From positions 3,232,001-3,296,000 of the forward strand of contig CAXXMD010000003.1 of assembly GCA_963675755.2 (NCBI GenBank): a stretch of 64,000 nucleotides of DNA, given 5' to 3'. Numbering within the stretch: the first letter of the stretch is position 1; each line of letters opens with the position of its first letter. The notes under the pieces are model-generated. The model was not told the origin of the DNA, made no database searches, and saw nothing but the letters and a program-made list of their open reading frames with translations. Position numbers and translations under genes: made by a program. This DNA comes from a bacterium. GTDB lineage: Bacteria > Zhuqueibacterota > Zhuqueibacteria > Residuimicrobiales > Krinioviventaceae. Below, piece by piece: positions 57,257-64,000 of the stretch.

Positions 57257-59518
57257 ATGAAATTAAGTAATGTTGTTATCCTGAATTTATTATTAGTAGT
57301 TACTACCGGGTTATTCTCTCAAGCACCAAAGCGCCCCTCATATATACCACAAGATCTCAAAAAAGTAGATGTCGATGATTACTGGCATTATCATGATGTT
57401 GGTAACCTGGGTTTGTCTATTACCAACTATGGTGTATTGGGTGAAGGATATAATAACCCCGATCAACCGTCTTGTATGTATCAGTTGAATACTGATAATA
57501 TGAGAAAACAAGTTGAGCATATGTCATATGGTGGTTTGTGGATAGGCGGTCGTGGTGGTAACGATGGTGCTGTACATGTTTCAACGGCAATCATTGATGG
57601 TGTGTTTGAAGCAGGTGAAGAAGGTTTTGAATTTACCAACACCAGCGATGCCGGTGATACCATTCGGGTTCGTTCTTCCATACCTACATCTCCGTCTTTT
57701 GATCCGCAGGCTGTTTCACATCAGGATTTTATTTGTGATTTTACGGATGTGAACACAGTAGTTCCTGGATCTGATTTTGAGATCCCTAATCATAATCCTC
57801 TTGGCTTGATGGTCCATCAGGAATCCTATGCGTGGAACTTTTCCTATACGGATGCATTTATCATTTTAAACTATACGATTACCAATATTAACAGTTCTCC
57901 CATAACGGATATTTATGCCGGATTTTGGGCGGATGCTGCAATTGGTAATATGAATTATACCAGTATTTATGAACCCGGTGGCGGTTGGTCCTGGTATGAT
58001 AATATGAATGGCTTTGATGATGATTACAAGATGGCGTTTCAGTATGATGATGATGGTGATGATGGTTTTGCGGAAAGCTATTTTGGTATCCGGTATCTAG
58101 GTTCTTCCGGTTCTCAAGATGATATTTTAGTAACATATGACCAATGGCAATGGTCTTCACCTTCAAGTCTTGCGTATCCTGATTATGTAATGCCCATTGA
58201 TGATGAAGGACGTTATGAGGTTATGCAGGGTCGCCATATTGGTAAATACCATAATGCGGTTACTGCGGGTGGGTATCCTACTGATCCACTGGATGCAGCG
58301 AGTTGGATGCTTGTATTGTCCGCAGGCTCGTTGGGAGATCTTGATCCCGGAGAATCATTGACCTTTACATTTGCCATTGTATGTGGTGAATGGGCCAATA
58401 AAGATGAATTAGATAATGCAGAACGACGTGCTAAATTACGTTTGAATTCGGATTGGGCGCAGATCGCTTATAATGGAGAAGATGTGGATGGCGATGGAAA
58501 ACTTGATCCCGATGAAGATGTGAATGGTAATAGTGTTCTTGATCCTGAAGAAGATGAATATAGAGCTGATCTGGATTTGAACGGTAATGGTATTTGGGAC
58601 CCGGGTGAAGAAGTCTTTGGTGATGGCGATGGAATATTGGATATTGAAGAAGATGTTTATGCCAACACGATTAAAGGTATTATAGCAGGTAATGGAACAA
58701 TTGACAGGTTTATTCTTCCCAGTCCGCCTCCATCTCCAAATCTCAAGGTTATTCCCGGAGAAGGCAAAGTTACATTGTATTGGGACAATGCCAGCGAAGA
58801 ATATGAAGATCCCATTACCCGTGAAAAAGATTTTGAAGGATACAAGATTTACAGCGCACCTAAAACTGCTGGCAGTGAAGAAGACGAAACTATTCTTGCA
58901 CAGTTTGATAAAATAAATAATCTGGGCTATGATACAGGTTTTGAATTGATCAAAGTTGATACTGTAATTGATGGAAAAACATATAATTACAGGTTTACCA
59001 ATTCTAATCTTTTGAATGGATGGCCAACTGAATATTGGTACAGTGTTACTGCATTCGATTCAGGGAATCCCGATAATAATCTTCCCAGTTTAGAGAGTTC
59101 TATACTCGAAAATAAAGTTTATGCAATTCCCGGTTCTAATCCTGCACAATCAAAAATGCGTCAGATTACAGTATTCCCCAATCCTTACAAAGCCCAGGCT
59201 ATGTGGGATGGCAGTGGAGACCGTGACCGTATGCTTTGGTTTGCAAATTTACCGGAACGTTGTACAATACGTATTTACACAATGGCTGGTGATCTGGTTG
59301 ATGAAATTGACCATGATGGTGCCACCTATGCCGGTGATGATGTTCAGCTCATGTCTGATCGAATTGCCGGTAATAATACAGTTCTTTCAGGCGGTATGCA
59401 CGCCTGGGACCTGATCTCAACACATGATCAGGCAATTGCTACCGGTCTCTATATTTATAGTGTTGAAGATTTAGATACTGGTGACACGCAAGTAAGCAAG
59501 TTTGTAATTATAAAATAG
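57257..59518 (+). CDS. Secreted hypothetical protein with Asp/Gly Ca-binding-like loops, FN3-like domain and CTD-like end
   Basis: Signal peptide; HDVGNLGLSITNYG N-terminal domain; PPPSPNL...VTLYWD...FEGYKIY...YSVTAFD FN3-like segment; VFPNPY...IRIYT..GDLV...GLYIYSV...KFVIIK. Confidence 0.8.
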   Translation: MKLSNVVILNLLLVVTTGLFSQAPKRPSYIPQDLKKVDVDDYWHYHDVGNLGLSITNYGVLGEGYNNPDQPSCMYQLNTDNMRKQVEHMSYGGLWIGGRGGNDGAVHVSTAIIDGVFEAGEEGFEFTNTSDAGDTIRVRSSIPTSPSFDPQAVSHQDFICDFTDVNTVVPGSDFEIPNHNPLGLMVHQESYAWNFSYTDAFIILNYTITNINSSPITDIYAGFWADAAIGNMNYTSIYEPGGGWSWYDNMNGFDDDYKMAFQYDDDGDDGFAESYFGIRYLGSSGSQDDILVTYDQWQWSSPSSLAYPDYVMPIDDEGRYEVMQGRHIGKYHNAVTAGGYPTDPLDAASWMLVLSAGSLGDLDPGESLTFTFAIVCGEWANKDELDNAERRAKLRLNSDWAQIAYNGEDVDGDGKLDPDEDVNGNSVLDPEEDEYRADLDLNGNGIWDPGEEVFGDGDGILDIEEDVYANTIKGIIAGNGTIDRFILPSPPPSPNLKVIPGEGKVTLYWDNASEEYEDPITREKDFEGYKIYSAPKTAGSEEDETILAQFDKINNLGYDTGFELIKVDTVIDGKTYNYRFTNSNLLNGWPTEYWYSVTAFDSGNPDNNLPSLESSILENKVYAIPGSNPAQSKMRQITVFPNPYKAQAMWDGSGDRDRMLWFANLPERCTIRIYTMAGDLVDEIDHDGATYAGDDVQLMSDRIAGNNTVLSGGMHAWDLISTHDQAIATGLYIYSVEDLDTGDTQVSKFVIIK
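58478..58654 (+). repeat. Coding repeat of DxDGDG/DxNGNG loops (4 copies)
   Basis: EDVDGDGKLDPDE, DVNGNSVLDPEE, DLNGNGIWDPGE, GDGDGILDIEE. Confidence 0.7.
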
Positions 59519-59546
59519 TTTAATCATTTAACGAAAGGAGCACTCT

Positions 59547-62174
59547 TTGAAAAAGTTGTTATTAGTACTCTTGATGGTTGGATGCCTTGCCGGTATGACT
59601 ATGGCACAGGTAACCCCAATTCATGACATTCAGTATACTGAAGACGAAAGTGGTGATTCTCCACTGGCAGGTCAGACTGTTACTGTTTCCGGTATTATTA
59701 CTGGTGAACCTGGTGCATTTGGCAGCAGCTATTATATTCAGGATGCTGAAGGCCCCTGGAATGGTATTATGGTTTATGATGGTGGCCGTGAAGTTGCTGA
59801 AGGTGATTCTGTAACTTTGACCGCTGATGTAAGCGAATATTACAACCTTACTGAACTTTCAAATGTAACCGAGTTTACAATTGAAAAAGAAGGTGTTTTT
59901 GGAATTAATCCCGATACTTTGACTACTGCTGAAGCTTCTACTGAAGCTTATGAAGGCTGTTTGGTTACTGTAGAAAACCTAACCATTTCTAACGATAATT
60001 TAGGTTACGGTGAATGGGAAGTAGATGATGGTTCTGGTCCATGTGTTGTTGACAATGTAGCAGACTATTATTTTGATCCTACTACAGCTACCGAAGTTGC
60101 TTCTATTACCGGTCTTATTGGTTATGATTATGGCGCATACAAAATTAGACCACGTTTGGCTTTTGATGTTGTTGAAGCTGGTGACTATACCCGTATTCAA
60201 CGCATTCAGCAGGTACGTCAGAGTGATCTTGAAAAAGCTCCTTATGACAACGAATCTGATATCAGCTATCTCGATGGAGATACATTGAAAATTACAGGTA
60301 TTGTTACCATGCCTACCGGTTTGAGTTATGCAGGTGACGGTATCAAATTCATCATCAGTGAACCTGAAGGTGGTCCATGGTCTGCAGTTTTATCATACAA
60401 TGCAGATTCTACTGCTTATCCTCAGTTGTTCGAAGGTGATGAAATTGAAATGACTGGTTATATTGGTGAATATACTACCAGCCCAAGTAATATGACTGAA
60501 TTCTGGATTACCAGCCCGATTAATATTTTGAGCATTGGTAATGAATTGCCAGAACCCGATTCTATTGCTACAGGTGATTTACGTTGGCCCACCACTGCAG
60601 AACAATGGGGCAATGTAATTGTTCAAGTTGGTAATGCAGTTGTAGATAATGTAACCCCACAGTATGAATTGTTCTCTGTAAATGATGGAACCGGTAGTGT
60701 ATTGGTTGATGATGATTCTGACAGCCTTGCAAATTACGAAGATCCACCATTGGGCGCAATTGCAGAATATCTCTCTGGTTGGGTTTATCACCATTATGGT
60801 AGTTATGCAGACTCTACTGCTTACAAACTCGAACCTCTGTATGTAGGTGATATTGTTTGGGGCGCTGGTCCTCCATCTGTAAAAAATACAGTACGTAGTG
60901 TAGCTGCTCCTACTACACAAGATGATGTAGATGTAACAACCGAAGTTCAAACCAACCTTACTATAACCCAGGCTACCCTGAGCTATAATGTAGATGATGG
61001 TGATTATACTGATGTTGCAATGACTGACAATGGTGATGGTACCTGGACAGGTACAATCCCTGCACAAGCTGAAGGTGCATATGTAAGTTATTATGTAGCA
61101 GCATCTGATGATGCAGAACAATCAACAACTGATCCTGCAGAACCTACAAGATTGAATTACAGTTATAAAGTAACTGATGCTGCATTGACTATTGCTGATT
61201 TGCAAAATACCCCTTGGGAAATTGCTGACAGTCCTTATAACGGTTACGAAGTAGAGGTTTCCGGTTATGTTACTGCTGGTGATGCATTCCTGGGTATCTA
61301 TGAAGGTTTTGTAATTCAGGATATGACAGGTGAATGGAACGGTGTTTACGTATTCGATCAGACCGCTGATGGCGTTAGCTTGCCTTCATTGAATGTTGGT
61401 GATTGGGTAACCGTATATGGTACCGTAAGCGATTACAATCCTGATTATCATTACAAATGGGACAATAACACAGTGATTCTCGCTGACAGTGCTGTTGTAG
61501 CGCTTTCAAAATCTGACAGTGAAATGCCAGAACCGGTTGTTGTTAATACTGGTGAACTTGCCGATGATGCAGATACTGCAGAACAGTGGGAAGGTGTTTT
61601 GACACGTGTTGAAAATGTAACTATCAGCAGCGTTAATTCTTATGATTTCTCTGTAACCGATGGTTCCGGCGAATGTCGTATTGATGATGATGGTGTTGAA
61701 GATGCAGTACTTTTAATCAATCGTGATGACGAGTATGTAGTTGTTAACAATACAGACACACTTCGCGTTGGTGATGTTATTAGTGGTATTCAAGGTGTAT
61801 TTACCTTTAGCTTTGGTACCTTTAAAATTGAAGTACGTGACGTAAATGATATGGGTGTAACAACTGGTGTTAATGATGACTTTGTTGCCGCTCCATTGGC
61901 ATACAACCTGGGTCAGAATTATCCCAACCCGTTCAACCCTGAAACCCGCATTTACTTTACTTTGCCACATACCCAGAATACACAAATTGTAATTTACAAT
62001 GTTATGGGTCAGCAAGTACGTACACTGGTTGATCAGCAGTACCAGGCTGGACAACATGTTGTGAACTGGAATGGCTTGAACAATGCAGGCCTCAAAGTTC
62101 CTTCCGGTGTATATTTCTACAGAATCGTTGCCGGTGATTTTGTAGCTACCAAAAAAATGATGATGTTGAAATAA
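59547..62174 (+). CDS. Secreted OB-fold repeat protein (YhcR/ExeM-type OB modules) with FlgD/T9SS C-terminal domain
   Basis: Three repeats starting IHDIQ, IQRIQ, IADLQ, each with G.TV.V.G..T and AE..EG.L..V...DGSG...DD segments; CTD LGQNYPNPFNPET...SGVYFYR...KKMMMLK; AAGGAG RBS before TTG. Confidence 0.82.
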   Translation: MKKLLLVLLMVGCLAGMTMAQVTPIHDIQYTEDESGDSPLAGQTVTVSGIITGEPGAFGSSYYIQDAEGPWNGIMVYDGGREVAEGDSVTLTADVSEYYNLTELSNVTEFTIEKEGVFGINPDTLTTAEASTEAYEGCLVTVENLTISNDNLGYGEWEVDDGSGPCVVDNVADYYFDPTTATEVASITGLIGYDYGAYKIRPRLAFDVVEAGDYTRIQRIQQVRQSDLEKAPYDNESDISYLDGDTLKITGIVTMPTGLSYAGDGIKFIISEPEGGPWSAVLSYNADSTAYPQLFEGDEIEMTGYIGEYTTSPSNMTEFWITSPINILSIGNELPEPDSIATGDLRWPTTAEQWGNVIVQVGNAVVDNVTPQYELFSVNDGTGSVLVDDDSDSLANYEDPPLGAIAEYLSGWVYHHYGSYADSTAYKLEPLYVGDIVWGAGPPSVKNTVRSVAAPTTQDDVDVTTEVQTNLTITQATLSYNVDDGDYTDVAMTDNGDGTWTGTIPAQAEGAYVSYYVAASDDAEQSTTDPAEPTRLNYSYKVTDAALTIADLQNTPWEIADSPYNGYEVEVSGYVTAGDAFLGIYEGFVIQDMTGEWNGVYVFDQTADGVSLPSLNVGDWVTVYGTVSDYNPDYHYKWDNNTVILADSAVVALSKSDSEMPEPVVVNTGELADDADTAEQWEGVLTRVENVTISSVNSYDFSVTDGSGECRIDDDGVEDAVLLINRDDEYVVVNNTDTLRVGDVISGIQGVFTFSFGTFKIEVRDVNDMGVTTGVNDDFVAAPLAYNLGQNYPNPFNPETRIYFTLPHTQNTQIVIYNVMGQQVRTLVDQQYQAGQHVVNWNGLNNAGLKVPSGVYFYRIVAGDFVATKKMMMLK

Positions 62175-62181
62175 TAAATTT

Positions 62182-62208
62182 TGCCTCCCGGAATTTTTCC
62201 GGGAGGCA
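62182..62208 (+). other. Strong intergenic stem-loop without U tract (possible mRNA-stabilising hairpin)
   Basis: TGCCTCCCGGAA-TTT-TTCCGGGAGGCA perfect 12-bp stem. Confidence 0.7.
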
Positions 62209-62226
62209 TATAACCTGATAAAGCAA

Positions 62227-63741
62227 ATGAAACCGTTTAGATATTATATATTATTGGCCATTGTTTTTCTTGTTGCTGTGCAATGCAGTATCAAAGACCC
62301 CTTTGGGGATGAAAAAGAATCTCTATTGTTAGAGAATCAACCTCCTGAAACCCATCTTTATCTGTTTGTTGATCAACAACAGATAACACAGTTTGATACG
62401 GTACAGGCAGGTGACACAACTCAAATCATTCCCAAAACCTATACCACTGGAATTGATACTACCCCCAGTAAGCAAATTGTGCACTGGTGGGGAGATGACC
62501 CTGATGGTCAGGTCGTTGGTTATTATTATCAATGGGATTATGAGACCGAACCCACGTTCACTACAGCAGAATATGATACGTTTTATGTCCCTATTCAAAG
62601 CAGTTATGATGAATTTGAAATCAGAGTGTGGGCTGTTGATAATGAGAATCTGTCTGACCCTTCTCCGGCAGTACTGATCTATCCCGTATTTAATACTCCA
62701 CCTGAAATTGCTTTCAGGCTGGGTAGTAATCCGTCGGTCAGTAATAATCCGGAAGTAACTGCATACACATTCCCAACAAGAACATTTGTATGGGAGGCGT
62801 TTGATGATGATGGTAGAGAAACCATTACCAACATTTATTACGCTTTGGATGATACATCCACCTGGATTGCATTACCTGGTGATGAAACACAAATAACTCT
62901 GCGTGAACTTGAACCTGGCGAGCATAGGTTCTTTGTTAAAGCACAGGATATTTCGGGCAAATTCAGTAATGTGGTTTCTTTCCCTGATCCAGAAGATGAT
63001 AATGTTCCGCATCGTTGGGAAGTTCAGCCCGTACAAGGCTCAGTTTTGCTGGTTAATGATTTTGCTCAAGATCAAAACCTTTATGAAGTACAAAATTTTT
63101 ACACCGATATTTTGGATGAACTTTTGGGATCTGATGGATATTCTGTTTGGGAGATCGGTACGGATAATACACCGGTTGTGAATCCTGAAAATGCCATTCC
63201 ATATTCTTCCATAGATATTGAAGCAAACCTGTCATATTTTGACAAGGTTATCTGGTTCTCTCATTTGGGTAGACCCAGCTTGACAAGTGCCGGTTTGTCT
63301 ATTACAAAGTTTATGAGTACTGGCGGCGGAATTTTAATTACCAATGGTAATGAAGAAATCCCAGATACAACATGGACTTTTACCAGTATTGATTCCGTAT
63401 ATCGTTTGAATCCGGGCGGACGTTTACTGCCGGGTATTGATATTCTTGCCTCATTTGGCAGTGATAATGATGAACAACTTGATCTGAATTTGGGTCAACT
63501 GGTAGGTAACCGCGTTTCTGCATTGATTCCAGGTTCAGATGCGGATGTTGTTTATTCTATGCAACCCGATTCAACTGCAACGGTAACGGTTCCTTATACA
63601 GGTTCACCACCAGTAGGAATTCGATACAAGATAGGAAGCGGAGAATCAATCTATTTTTCATTACCGCTACACTATTGTTACGGAAATGATAACATGACAA
63701 AAGTTCTAAGGTATATACTGTTTGAAGAATTTGAAAATTGA
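62227..63741 (+). CDS. Hypothetical lipoprotein with two FN3/Ig-like repeats
   Basis: Lipobox-like AVQC; NQPPETH...WWGDDPDG.V.GYYY...VWAVDN and NTPPEI...WEAFDDDG...FFVKAQD repeats. Confidence 0.72.
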   Translation: MKPFRYYILLAIVFLVAVQCSIKDPFGDEKESLLLENQPPETHLYLFVDQQQITQFDTVQAGDTTQIIPKTYTTGIDTTPSKQIVHWWGDDPDGQVVGYYYQWDYETEPTFTTAEYDTFYVPIQSSYDEFEIRVWAVDNENLSDPSPAVLIYPVFNTPPEIAFRLGSNPSVSNNPEVTAYTFPTRTFVWEAFDDDGRETITNIYYALDDTSTWIALPGDETQITLRELEPGEHRFFVKAQDISGKFSNVVSFPDPEDDNVPHRWEVQPVQGSVLLVNDFAQDQNLYEVQNFYTDILDELLGSDGYSVWEIGTDNTPVVNPENAIPYSSIDIEANLSYFDKVIWFSHLGRPSLTSAGLSITKFMSTGGGILITNGNEEIPDTTWTFTSIDSVYRLNPGGRLLPGIDILASFGSDNDEQLDLNLGQLVGNRVSALIPGSDADVVYSMQPDSTATVTVPYTGSPPVGIRYKIGSGESIYFSLPLHYCYGNDNMTKVLRYILFEEFEN

Positions 63742-63748
63742 TATAAAT

Positions 63749-64000
63749 ATGAAGAAAATGACAAAACTGAAATTATTATTCGTTCTCGTTATGCTGCCGG
63801 TTCTTGCATTTTCGCAAGCAATTAATACGACTATTTCAGGCCACGTCTATGACAAGGATACAGGAGATGGTCTACCCGGTGTAAACATAATCGTCCAGGG
63901 TACTTATAAAGGAACGGCTACGGATGCAAATGGCTATTTTGAGATCAAAAGCCTTTCCCCGGGTGATTATGATATTAAAGCATCAATGATCGGTTACATT
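63749..64000 (+). CDS. TonB-dependent receptor, N-terminal CarboxypepD_reg-like domain (3'-partial)
   Basis: Not in the ORF track. Reads MKKMTKLKLLFVLVMLPVLAFSQ...ISGHVYDKDTGDGLPGVNIIVQGTYKGTATDANGYFEIKSLSPGDYDIKASMIGY to the window edge. The barrel itself is not visible. Confidence 0.75.
   Translation, partial: MKKMTKLKLLFVLVMLPVLAFSQAINTTISGHVYDKDTGDGLPGVNIIVQGTYKGTATDANGYFEIKSLSPGDYDIKASMIGYI

Noticed and set aside
57888-58166. Minus-strand ORF with a poly-His run, and the (TGA)n microsatellite near 58045-58064
   Set aside because: It is only the reverse complement of the DDDGDDG codons in the 57257 gene.

Overview
Gene-dense, almost entirely + strand bacterial DNA. I found no rRNA, tRNA, CRISPR array or mobile element. 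T9SS/FlgD-type C-terminal sorting domains (NYPNPFN), Tat-exported Cys-type sulfatases, Shine-Dalgarno sites and canonical sigma70 promoters suggest a non-Bacteroidota FCB-group organism such as KSB1 or Calditrichota (inference). There are five blocks. (1) 1-6.8 kb: envelope and housekeeping genes (Wzi-like, metallophosphoesterase, DUF4136, DUF4332, BON-LysM, DUF937, HtpX, beta-CASP nuclease). (2) 6.9-23 kb: a LOV-PP2C phosphatase followed by a full chemosensory cluster, including an MCP with tandem extracytoplasmic CZB domains and a His-less kinase. (3) 23.2-27.6 kb: exported YdjC deacetylase, ADP-ribosylglycohydrolase and nucleoside hydrolase plus ribokinase. (4) 27.7-55 kb: a sulfated L-fucose/L-galactose glycan utilisation locus (5 sulfatases, arylsulfotransferase, GH95, GH29, two beta-propeller GHs, oxidative L-sugar pathway, UxaE, FucP) with a LacI gene and a recurring TTACTCGAGTAA palindrome. 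(5) 55-64 kb: two exported nuclease-family proteins, a catalytic-domain-less OB-fold repeat surface protein, an unknown CTD-type protein, a lipoprotein and a TonB-dependent receptor, a candidate extracellular nucleic-acid uptake locus. All calls come from motif reading; no database searches were run.
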